Source: Malacoraja senta
Lineage: Eukaryota
Direction: 5' to 3'
Assembly (NCBI GenBank): GCA_038087875.1
Contig: CM075998.1
Location: 2,356,001 to 2,420,000 of the forward strand
Length of the DNA: 64,000 bases
Of the stretch, positions 14,851 to 25,544 are shown one piece after another (within the stretch, counting starts at the first letter, position 1; each line of letters opens with the position of its first letter). The notes beneath the pieces were generated by a model, which was given only the letters and a program-made list of their open reading frames with translations, had not been told where the DNA came from and made no database searches. A program made the position numbers and the translations under genes.

Positions 14851-15333
14851 GATCTCCATTGTCATTTGTTCCCAGGTGTCTTTCTTTAAAGAAGCAGCTG
14901 GCTCAAGTGGCTGCATCTTTGCTATTAAAGGAATCGCATTTTATATTTTGTTTAATTTTATTTACTAAATGTTTTCCCAGTCGAGTTATTCTACAACTGG
15001 CAATGAACAGGCTTTTAGAGGCAGGTGGGAGGGCTAGTGCAGCTGCTACCTAAGCACTTTTTTCTTTAAAAGAACTAAAGCCCCTTTGTAAAATCTTAAA
15101 TAGCTAGGTTGAGAATTTATTTTAGAGTGGGGAGTGCAACCTTTAAAACTTTACCGCACAGCACATCCTCTGCATTGCAAGACCTCTTCCACAGCCTGTG
15201 GTAGTGGTTCAGATAAGGATTGCCAATATTTTAATTAAAATATTACTCTTTGGCTATAACATTTGGCAGTTGTTGGCTATTAACTATGAAGTTGATGCAA
15301 AGGGAAGCATTGCTAACATATATTCCTTTGCAG

Positions 15334-15462
15334 GTGTTTTGAAGATGCTGGTAGATGCAGCGAGGGTGGATGTATCTGTCGTAAGCCTTTGTGAGAAAGG
15401 AGATGAAATGATCATGGAGGAAACGGGGAAAATTTTCAAGAAGGAGAAAGAAATGAAAAAAG
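15334..15462 (+). CDS. pa2g4: pa2g4 exon 2 ([42 protein letters not shown])
   Basis: tttgcag acceptor, G|GTCAGT donor, 129 nt, EBP1 peptide. Confidence 0.96.
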
Positions 15463-16112
15463 GTCAGTGGCACTTGATCCTGAGTTTCCTTTTTTAAGAC
15501 AAGCATCATACATATGTAAACACAGCTGTAATTTCTACATGGTGAAACCAAAATGTATAAAAATATCCATTAATAAAATCTGACAATGTGCACTTTAACC
15601 ACATGTGATTTTTTTCTATTACAAATCTCAAATTGTGGAGTACAGAGGCAAATAAATAATTGATGGGTCTTTGTCCCAAACAATATGAGGGCACTGTAAG
15701 CAGTTGTAAGCAGAATAAATATGAGTAATTCACGTCTTTGTAATACTCAGCCATCAGACTGATGAATGGTGTTACCAGAAAGCCAGCTCAATTTGTATAC
15801 AATAATGCTTAAATTTGTTCCAGTAATTGCTCTTCAAAAATGATGGTTGTGTAAGTGCCTCTACCCTCTTCTTCCTCAGATGTAGTTATCAAGTCACTGG
15901 ATCCCATGCATCCTTAATCCCTCTGGATCAACTTACCATGAGGGACTTCTGGTCAAAAAAAACACCTCTTCTCTGCCTCATATCACCAAGCCAATTTTGC
16001 AGCAAATTTAGACGCCTAGTGTCTTTAACCATTAGCTCAATTTGTATTTGACTGATATTAACATTAATATGTTTTTTTGTGAGTAAATGGTATGTGTGTC
16101 CCTTTTTTAAAG

Positions 16113-16219
16113 GAATTGCCTTTCCCACGTGTATCTCAGTGAACAACCTGTGTCTGCCATTACTCTCCTCTCAAGAGTGACCCTGACTATGTCTTGAAGG
16201 AGGATGATCTTGTTAAAAT
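16113..16219 (+). CDS. pa2g4: pa2g4 exon 3 (IAFPTCISVNN[+C]CVCHYSPLKSDPDYVLKEDDLVK), contains +1 frameshift
   Basis: ttttaaag acceptor, AT|GTAAGT donor. Length is 107 nt where the phases require 106; the extra C is at 16147/16148. Confidence 0.93.
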
Positions 16220-16289
16220 GTAAGTACATTTTCACGTTTATAAGCCTTTGAGGATGCTTTTAATGTTAACCTGATTTGTTAGGTATCTC

Positions 16290-16495
16290 GCATCTTGTGT
16301 CAGAAGGTTGTGGGTTCAAGTCTTACTCCAGGATTTTAGCATGCCATTTACCATGGCACTTCAGTATGGAATTGAAAAAGTGGGGATTAATTCAGAGATG
16401 CCATCTTTCATATGAATGTTAAATCAAGTATGAATGTTCGGGTGGGAGTAAAGGATTCCAAATACTGTTGGAAGAACAGCGGGGAGTTTTGATCC
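16290..16495 (+). mobile_element. old DeuSINE (SacSINE1-like) fragment in pa2g4 intron 3
   Basis: tcagaaggttgtgggttcaagtc head and gtaaaggat...gaagaacagcggggagtt core; related relics near 43605-43925, 12080-12245, 57470-57680(-), 63280-63450(-). Confidence 0.55.
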
Positions 16496-16863
16496 ATTTC
16501 GTGCTCGACATTCATACACCCACTTTCCAGCAGTGGTTACTGGTCACTGATCCTTGGGAAACACTGATTCACTTCATTTTTTTCCCTTTGTTCTCTCTTT
16601 TCCTCTTTGAAATCCAGAGGCAAGGAAAAGGTTGTAGTGGCCCTATCCAAGCCTTGACTGATGGGCACCCTGGGTCATTTTGCATACTCTTTTTTTACCA
16701 TTTTTCTCATGGAGGAAGCTCCTGTGCGTTCTTCATTTGCATATTTGTAATGATGGAGAGGGTTGGATTCAAAATTATAAAAGAACTGTGAATATCACTC
16801 TATTCTATGTGTACAAGTTGCAGATGAGATTTATGCAATTTTTTCCTCCCCCCTTCCCAACAG

Positions 16864-16933
16864 TGATTTGGGCGTCCATGTGGATGGATTCATTGCTAAT
16901 GTGGCGCACAGTTTTATTCTTGGTGTCAGTAAG
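16864..16933 (+). CDS. pa2g4: pa2g4 exon 4 (DLGVHVDGFIANVAHSFILGVSK)
   Basis: cccaacag acceptor, AAG|GTATGT donor, 70 nt. Confidence 0.96.
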
Positions 16934-18009
16934 GTATGTTCATTTCTGGAATACAAGCAGTTAGGTTGTTGCGATATCCGAGGTATGTTCTAGCTGTATA
17001 GAAAGGAATGTTCTCTGCCTTCTGGTTAATGAGGCTGCTTAGAATATTGAGATAGATTTTGGCAGCATACGTGTAATTCATTTTCAGCTCAAACCTTTAA
17101 AAAAGGAATCTTGCTGCAAATTGAGTCACTTAACTCCCTGTTCATTTAAAAATAAAAATAAAAATCTGTGCCTCGTTGAGAGCAGAGAAAGTAAGTGATC
17201 TGTTGCCAGGCCTTTTGCAATAGTAGCTTAAAACTACTCAATAACAGGTGGCGGACACCTGCCTGTCTGCCCAAGGAAGAGAGGAAGGGGAATTTCAAAC
17301 TCTTGTCTTCCTCAGAGCTTCTCCGCAACAGTGCAGCTGCTCAACGTGGAGATAATTATGGGTACAAGTGTGATTCCTGCCATCTCTTGGCATAAGGAGC
17401 TGACTGAATATGCTCCACAATGAATTAACATTTTAATAACTCAGCAATGATTTAAAAATAATAAAGTGACTGATCTCTATCCATGAACCCAGATGTTATG
17501 AATCTCTAGTGCTGACTGAACAGCTATGCTCTTAGAATTCCCCACTCTAGTCTGATCATCACCATTTATCCTGCTTTTTCGAATGAACATTTGTAGTGAT
17601 GGGGAGGGTTGGTTTCAAAATTCTAAAAGAATTAGATTCTGAATATCAGACTCAAACGTCTGGTATTCTGTGTGTACAAGTTGCAGATGAGATGTATGCA
17701 ATTTTGGGGGGAATAACTCCAGTTACATTTACTGAAGCACGCTGCCGTCGGACGCATGCAACGCTGACTGCACTCCTACATTAACTTTCCCCGTTTTTTT
17801 TTGCTTTGCTGGACATGGCCTAGCAAGCGTCAAGGTTCACAACGGCCATGTTTGTTAAAAGATTACGTTTAGTTTGCTTTTAAATCTATTGCTGAGTTTT
17901 TAAAATGTGAATTGCTTCATTTGATGTTGTTCCCAATGCCTTTGGTGAAATGGGTTAATAGCCATGTGATGAGGACTGTTTGAGAATTGGGACAATTAGG
18001 AGATATTTA

Positions 18010-18950
18010 TGAACATAAAAGTTAGGAGCAGGGTTTGACCACTTATCCCCACAAGCCTGCTCTGCCTTTTAATTGATTACAGTTCATCTGACTGTAACCT
18101 CAACTCCACGTGTCTGTGTAACTGCAGTAATCTTTCATTCCTTGCTAATTATCTGCCTCTGCCTTAAAAAACATTGAAGGGCTCTATTTGCACCACCTTT
18201 TGAGAGTTACAAATCTCTAGGAGAAGGAATTCAGCCTTTCACACATGCTCACTCACTCCCCTTACACGCACGCAGACACAGACACACAGACTCCACACCC
18301 ACCTTGTCAAGACTCCTGAGGATCTTGTTTGTTTCAATATAGTCAGCACTCTTGTAAATTCCAGCGGATACAAACCTAGCCCATATAATACTTTTCCCCA
18401 AGGCATTCTGCTCATTCTAGACATTGGACAAGTAAACTTTCCCTGAACTGCCTCCAATGCATTAAAACAACTTGAAATAAGGAGGGTAATGGTATAATCC
18501 AGGTGTGGTCTCAGCTGTGCCCTATATAAATTTTCTCCAGTTAATTTAAGAGGGAGTTAGATGTGGCTAAGGGGATCAGGGGGTATGGAGAGAAGGCAGG
18601 TACGGGATACTGAGTTGGATTAATTGTCCCTATCACTAAACCTATCACTATCATATCTCAATTACTTGGACGATCTGCCAACCAGCCTTTTGCAGATCAT
18701 GCAAACTCTGTGCAACTCTGAGATCTATAATCTCTTGCCATTTTAGATTATTTGCTATTTTGCTATTACTGCCAAAATAGACAACTTTCCCACATGATGC
18801 TACATTTGCCACTTTATGCCCATTATACAATCTATCCCTTTTGTGGACTGCTTGTCCTTTTCGCAACTTGTTTCCTGTCTATTTTTGCGTCCTCTGCAAA
18901 TTTAACAACCATACCTTTGATCACTTCAGGAAGTCATCAAATGTAAATCA
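18010..18950 (-). mobile_element. old degraded CR1 LINE fragment
   Basis: Degenerate ORF2 peptides (EAVQGKFT, GLYPLEF, GKVVYFG); interrupted by a templated insert. Confidence 0.7.
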
Positions 18951-19437
18951 TTTCCCATGACTAATGCCAATATAGTGAGTATTGCTGGAGCACTCGATCT
19001 TAAAGGATTTCCCCCTTATCCTTAAGCTGTGACCCCTTGTCCTGGACTTCCCCAACATCGGGAACAATCTTCCTGCATCTAGCCTGTCCAACCCCATAAG
19101 AATTGTGCACTATTGCGCCTTCATATTTTTTCAACCCATTATTTAAGGGGTTGATGGAATTGTACTGAATTGACTAAAAGTAGCATGCAGTGATAACTTG
19201 CAGCATATTTTTTGTTTAAGTAGGAATAAATCTATTTTCAGTCTGGGTTTATCTAAAATCCTATTGGAGCCATGCAGAGCCTCTTTAGATTGCTAATAAA
19301 TATCATTTGAGAATGGTTTCTTAAAGATTCTGGACACATTTTCTCCATTATAAATGACAGGAATGGCCAAACTGAAATGATGTCCAATTTTAATTTAGCC
19401 TGAGCCTTAAGAAGTTTGGAAGAAATAACTTTTGGGT

Positions 19438-20297
19438 CATAGATACATAGATACATAGAAAATAGGTGCAGGAGTAGGCCATTCGGCCCTTCGAGCCTGC
19501 ACTGCCATTCAATATGATCATGGCAGATCATCCAACTCAGTATCCCGTACCTGCCTTCTCTCCATACCCCCTGATCCCCTTAGCCACATCTAACTCCCTC
19601 TTAAATATAGCCAATGAACTGGCCTCAACTACCCTCTGTGGCAGAGAGTTCCAGAGATTCACCACTCTCTGTGTGAAAAAGTTTTTCCTCATCTCGATCT
19701 TAAAGGATTTCCCCCTTATCCTTAAGCTGTGACCCCTTGTCCTGGACTTCCCCAACATCGGGAACAATCTTCCTGCATCTAGCCTGTCCAACCCCATAAG
19801 AATTGTGTACGTTTTTATAAGATCCCCTCTCAATCTCCTAAATTCTAGCGAGTATAAGCCAAGTCTATCCAGTCTTTCTTCATATGAAAGTCCTGACATC
19901 CCAGGAATCAGTCTGGTGAACCTTCTCTGCACTCCCTCTATGGCTATAATGTCCTTCCTCAGATTTGGAGACCAAAACTGTACGCAATACTCCAGGTGTG
20001 GTCTCACCAAGACCCTGTACAACTGCAGTAGAACCTCCCTGCTCCTATACTCAAATCCTCTTGCTATGAAAGCCAACATACCATTCGCTTTCTTCACTGC
20101 CTGCGGCACCTGCATGCCTACTTTCAATGACTGGTGTACCATGACACCCAGGTCTCGCTGCATCTCCCCATTTCCTAAACGGCCACCATTTAGATAATAG
20201 TCTGGTTTCCCGTTTTTGCCACCAAAGTGGATAACCTCAAATTTATCCACATTATACTGCATCTGCCAAACATTTGCCCACTCACCCAGCCTATCCA
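19438..20297 (-). mobile_element. young 5'-truncated CR1 (HER1-like) LINE in pa2g4 intron 4
   Basis: Uninterrupted ORF2 C-terminus ([20 protein letters not shown]...RPHLEYCVQFWSP...RGHSLRI), 3'UTR and (CTATGTAT)-type tail. Confidence 0.93.
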
Positions 20298-20373
20298 TTG
20301 CATTTGGGGTCATATTGCATTTGCTTTAATATTTGGTCTTGCTTTTCATTTATCAAAATACTTTCTTTTGCAG

Positions 20374-20466
20374 GATACCCCTGTATCCGGGCGCAAGGCT
20401 GATGTCATTAAAGCTGCACACTATTGTGCAGAAGCAGCTCTGCGGCTAGTAAAACCTGGCAATCAG
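20374..20466 (+). CDS. pa2g4: pa2g4 exon 5 ([31 protein letters not shown])
   Basis: ttttgcag acceptor, CAG|GTAAGG donor, 93 nt. Confidence 0.97.
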
Positions 20467-21248
20467 GTAAGGTTGTCGAAAAAGGAGATTAAAAAAGAAA
20501 CAAGCATTGTTTGCCCCAAGTGAATCAAATATACTTGCTAACATTGGCCACAGAAGGTTCTGTTGTGGACCCTACCCTATCCCAAGCATTCCAGATTTTT
20601 ATTAACTAATTAGCTACTAACCATTTTATTAACCATTAGCTACCAATCCTAATTTTTACCCTAATCTCTTGTTCTCGATTCTTCTCCCCCCTCCTCTTTC
20701 CCCTGCCTGGGAAAATATTTTTCCTGCACCCAAACAAGGCATTAACACTTAATTAAGGGATACAAGCCAAATGAAACTCTTTGATCAAGGAATCGATGCC
20801 AGATTCATGTAGCCTGTCTTTGTAATTTAACCCGTTAAATCCAGTCAACGTGTACTGCATGTACTCTCAGAAAAGTGCACCCTGTCCAAAATGCAGCACT
20901 TGTCGCCGAGCACAATGTAAGCAAGGCTGGATCAATTGATAATTTCCTTCTGTTTGTGTTTCAACTTCAGATGTTGAACTCAGGCGTTTTTCAACTTTTC
21001 ACCCGTAGCCATTCCACATGTGTTACCTATTTTTCTTGTTATCTACAATATGTATTCGATTTCACCAAGCATTGTTCTGTCTATATTTATATTTTATTCA
21101 ACTCATTCTATAATTTCTAATTTGCCTTTGAGTGGTTTTATTTGGAGAGCAATAAATTATTGTTGGAAGCCCGAAATGTTCTTCTTGACTTTTTATATGG
21201 ATATTGTTATTTGAGTGAAATGTTATTGATGTTTCCTTTTCACCTCAG

Positions 21249-21312
21249 AATACTCAAGTGACAGAAGCCTGGAACAAGATTGCTCAGTCCTTTAATTGCA
21301 CTCCAATAGAAG
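21249..21312 (+). CDS. pa2g4: pa2g4 exon 6 ([21 protein letters not shown])
   Basis: cacctcag acceptor, AAG|GTGAGA donor, 64 nt. Confidence 0.96.
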
Positions 21313-21904
21313 GTGAGATGTCCAATTCTGATTGCAGGAAAAAATTACTGTATCGTTTTCAATCCTAAAAACAAATTCCCACTTTCCTCCAATGTTTTTT
21401 ATAAACTGGGAAAGGCTCTCAGTGTGAAGAATGCCATATCCACTGTATATGATGAGCATTCGTACTTGCAAGTGGGAGTAGGTTGCACACTATGTTTAAG
21501 ATGGATCAGTATTCGGCTGATTGGGTAAACTTGCATGCTCTGCGTGCACTTTTCAGGAGCTGCATTTATTTGTATTTAGAGAAGGCTATAAACTTCAGTA
21601 AACTCTGACGTCACACACAGAGTGGACTTGCTGTCCAGCAGATTGCAAATACTCCGCATGAAAGGTTAAAATACTGGCAGACACTTTTATTTGGTCTTCA
21701 ATAAACAGTAATACATCCCCTACGGGTAAGTTGTATCAACATAATGCAGGAAGGTCCTTGATTTGTCTGAAGTGGCTGCATATGGGCTTTGTGAATGGAG
21801 TTATTCTCATTCAGACCCCTTTCACAGAAGTATTAATTACATTACAAGGCATCTGAATTGAGAAGCAGTAAATTCAGTTTACCTACTGTTTGGAAAGTGA
21901 ACAA

Positions 21905-22270
21905 CGGCAGTAATTAAATATTCCTGGACATTCGACATTCAATAAAGACTGGCAAGAAGGTGAAGGTGGAGGGGTTGCTCTGTTAATAAGTGATGACATC
22001 AGTACAGTAGTTAGAAAGGATGTTGAGCTAACAGATAGTTGTTCAGAATTAAATCTGTTTTGGAGCTACGGAAAAGCAGGGAGCAGAAAACATTAGTGTG
22101 CATTGTTTTTGGTCCTCTGACAGTTATGGTGGTATATATGAAGAAACAAGAGGAGGGTATATTAGTAATTATGGGGGAGATCTTTAATCTACTTGGGGAA
22201 AATCAAATTTGTACGAACAATTTTGAGGATGACTTCCTCAAATCGTGAGAGTGATTTCTCGATCCGTATG
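21905..22270 (+). mobile_element. degraded CR1 endonuclease-domain fragment
   Basis: LNIPGHSTFNKD...GGGVALLI...MGEIFN motifs. Confidence 0.6.
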
Positions 22271-22354
22271 TTTTTCTTTTGGCATTTTAAGATTTGGGCT
22301 GGGGCAGACAGATGGTTTCAAACCACAATCTGAGTTGCAATTATTTCTGTTCAG

Positions 22355-22433
22355 GTATGCTGTCACACCAACTCAAACAGCATGTTATTGATGGGGAGAA
22401 AACAATCATTCAGAACCCCACAGATCAGCAAAA
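22355..22433 (+). CDS. pa2g4: pa2g4 exon 7 ([25 protein letters not shown])
   Basis: ctgttcag acceptor, AA|GTAAGT donor, 79 nt. Confidence 0.97.
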
Positions 22434-22478
22434 GTAAGTTTTGAAAGTTTGGCTTTTCATTTCAAATGAACTGATGTA

Positions 22479-23159
22479 TCTATTATACTAAAAGTCTTGT
22501 CTTGTTTGTCTGTCTGTCTGTGAGATCAAGGAACGACGCCAAAATGGTACACAATAGCGCAATTTTTTTTTGCCGAATCTTACTCGACTTTTTCCTGTGG
22601 TCGTTAGTATCAAGTTTTTCACATTTGATGTTATATTTCACGTTATTGATATTTAACGTTTTTAAAAAGCCAACTTTGAAAATAATAACTGCCTTGGAGA
22701 GTGAGACTTTTCTAGCAGCCTCCAGTGATGATGTCACAATGGCATCTCACGGTCGTCCAATCGCAATGGGATCTCATTTACACAAGCTGCCATGAAGATT
22801 CCGAAAACCGAAAATGACATCACTGCACGGTGATCTCTGCTGCCAATACAGAAGCTCTGAGAGTTGACGGAGTGGGTGATGGGAGGAGATGAAATGTTAT
22901 TTAAACATTGTCTTTAATGAGGGGGGAGTGCGAAAGGGGAGAGGTGAGGGAGGGAGTGACTGAGGGTAGAGAAAAGGAGAGGGAGGTAGAGGTGACAGAG
23001 AGACAATGGGATCAGCAGCTTCAAGGGGAGTAAGGAGAGAGTGAGATTTTTGACCCCCCACCCCCCACGTGGGAAGGATTATCCTCCCGTATGACGTCGT
23101 GACCCGACCACCCCCCCCTGCGTTGGGGGGGCGGGGCCCAGCGGGTCCCACTTTGTCTA
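22479..23159 (+). mobile_element. non-autonomous Helitron-like element H1 (pa2g4 intron 7)
   Basis: A^TCTATTATACTAAAA 5' end followed by (GTCT)n; 3' hairpin GGGGCCC-agc-GGGTCCC (23133-23149), then actttgtCTA; no TSD. Confidence 0.75.
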
Positions 23160-24887
23160 TATATATATATATATAACTAAAATTCTCATCTTGTTATCTG
23201 CAGGTTTGCATTGTACCTCTATTTGCGCAAAAACGGTACACGATAGCGCTATAATTTTTGCCCCACCTTACCATTGTCCTGTGGTGCAAATGAAACAAGT
23301 TTTGTGCAGATTGATGGTATATTTTAAAAGTCATTAACGTTTAAAGGTTTGTGTTGTACCTCCATTTGCGCAAAAACGGTACACGATAGCGCTACCATTT
23401 TTGCCCCACCTTACTCATTGTCCTGTGATGTACATGAAACAAGTTTTGTGCAGATTGATTTTAAAAGTTATTAACATTTAAAGGTTTGTGTTGTGCCTCT
23501 ATTTGCGCAAAAACGGCACACAATAGCGCTACAATCCCCCCCCCCCCCAGCCTTATTCTCCATTGTCCTGTGGTGTAAATGAAACAAGTTTTATGCAGAT
23601 TGATAGTATATTTTTAAAGTTATTAACGTTTAACGGTTTGTGTTGTACCTCTATTTGCGCAAAAACGGTACACGATAGCGCTACAATTTCCTCCCCGCCT
23701 TATTCACCATTGTCCTGTGGTGCAAATGAAACAAGTTGTGTGCAGATTGATGGTATATTTTAAAAGTTATTCACGTTTATAGGTTTGTGTTGTACCTCTA
23801 TTTGCGCAGAAACAGTACACTATAGCGCTACTATATTTGGCCCACCTTATGCACCATTGTCCTGTGTTGTAAATGAAACCAGTTTTGTTCAGATTGATGG
23901 TATATTTTTTAAGTTATTGACGTTTTAAAAAAAAACTTAAAACAGCGCCCCCACCCGCGCATGCACAGTTGGGGTGAGTTTCTGTGCTCGTCATTATTAC
24001 CGTCACAAAGGGCACCCAACGGGTCCTCAGCAGCGTCTGTGCAGTTGGGGCCGTGCCAGAATTCAGATCGTCATCTTTTTTTCACAACGGCGACACGGGT
24101 AAGATTTTAAAAACAGCATTTTACTGCTGCTCCGGGCCCGCGGGGATCCGCCACCTTGGCGCTGAGGCTAGGGCTGTAGCCGGCTCCGGGGACGGGGAGA
24201 GGCCAGGCTGATGATCTGAGGCTTGGGCGCTGAGGCTGGCTCTCCAGGCCCGCGGGGATCCGCCGCCTTGGCGCTGGGTCTGGGTCTACGGGCGGCAGCG
24301 GCCAGGGGCGGGGAGAGGCCGCGCCGAGGATCCGGGGCGCTGAGTCTGGCTCTGAGGCCGACGGCTGCTGCTGCTGCTGCTCCGGGCTCGTGCGGCGGGC
24401 TGAGGCAACTCCGAGGCCTGGGCGCTGAGCCTGGCTCTGAGGCAGACGGCTGCTGCTGCTGCTGCTCCGGGCACGCAAGGAGAGGAGCGGCAACCTCGAG
24501 ATCCTGGGGAGGTGAGGAGGGAGAGTGGGGGGATTGAAGAAGGGGGGGAAAGTGGGGGAGGGGAGGAGGGGCAATAGAGGGAGACGAGGGTGGGGGAGGT
24601 AGGGAGTGGGAAATGGGAGAGGAGGGCAGTAGGGATAGTGGGGGGGGGATAGGGAAAGGTGAGGAGTAGTGGATAGAGGGGGTAGGGAGGAGAGATTATG
24701 GAAGGAGGGATTGGGGGAGGAGATGATAAAGAAGAGGGAGTGCTGGGGGCTGAGGAAATGAACCGCGCCTGCGCAGTTGGGGTCCATGGGTGAGTGGTGG
24801 AATATTGTGTTGGGGGAATGGGTGAGTGGTGGAATATTGCGTTGGGGGAACGGGTTGCGTTGAGGGAACCGGACCCACTTAGTCTAG
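23156..24887 (+). mobile_element. non-autonomous Helitron-like element H2, head-to-tail with H1
   Basis: TCTA(TA)nACTAAAA 5' end, internal ~145-bp tandem array, GC-rich cargo, GA-rich tract, ends ggacccacttagtCTAG^T. Confidence 0.75.
23203..23925 (+). repeat. minisatellite, 5 units of ~137-152 bp, inside H2
   Basis: Units start ggtttg at 23203, 23346, 23483, 23635, 23782 (core tgtacctctatttgcgcaaaaacggtacacgatagcgct). Confidence 0.92.
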
Positions 24888-25465
24888 TTTTTAATAAAAT
24901 TCTTGAAAAAATGATCTTCATGGTGACATTGACCTGTCAATAGCACCTAGTCATGACGGGTTGTTTGTGAGCATTGTGAACAACGGCGGTGCTTTAATTT
25001 TTACCGTGATGGTTGTGAAGGACTTTTCGGATGTGCCAATAAGGGCATGGACAAGAATTTAAACTAAGTAAAATCATAGAGCACAGAAATGTCCTTTTGA
25101 CTCACCTCCATGCCAACTATGATGCCTATCTATGCTATTCCCATTTGCCCACATTAGTCCCATGTTGAGTACTGCCTTGCTGCAGCATCTAAATCATGTT
25201 TACATGTTACTAGTGAGAGTGAATGTCAAAAGAAAATACTAATCCATTTTAAGAGCGTTACACCATGTGGATGATATTTTCGCACAGTGAGTTTCTCTGG
25301 ATAGTGGTGTGCCTTGAAATTATTCCCAAGATTGGATAGGATGCATAGAAATGAAATTCAACCATTTAAGTCTATACTGCTTCCTTTCCCTATCCTAATG
25401 TGTTACTGAGTCTAATCGTACTCTTCCATCAGTGGTGGTCTGACTGTGCTCATTTTCTTGTAAAG

Positions 25466-25544
25466 GAAAGATCATGAAAAGACAGCATTTGAAGTACATG
25501 AAGTTTATGCCGTTGACGTATTAATCAGCACCGGAGAAGGCAAG
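25466..25544 (+). CDS. pa2g4: pa2g4 exon 8 ([26 protein letters not shown])
   Basis: ttgtaaag acceptor, AAG|GTGAGG donor, 79 nt. Confidence 0.96.

Noticed and set aside
23984-24921. Overlapping 100-226 aa Pro/Ser/Ala-rich ORFs
   Set aside because: Products of GC-rich and GA-rich low-complexity DNA inside Helitron H2; no recognisable domain.
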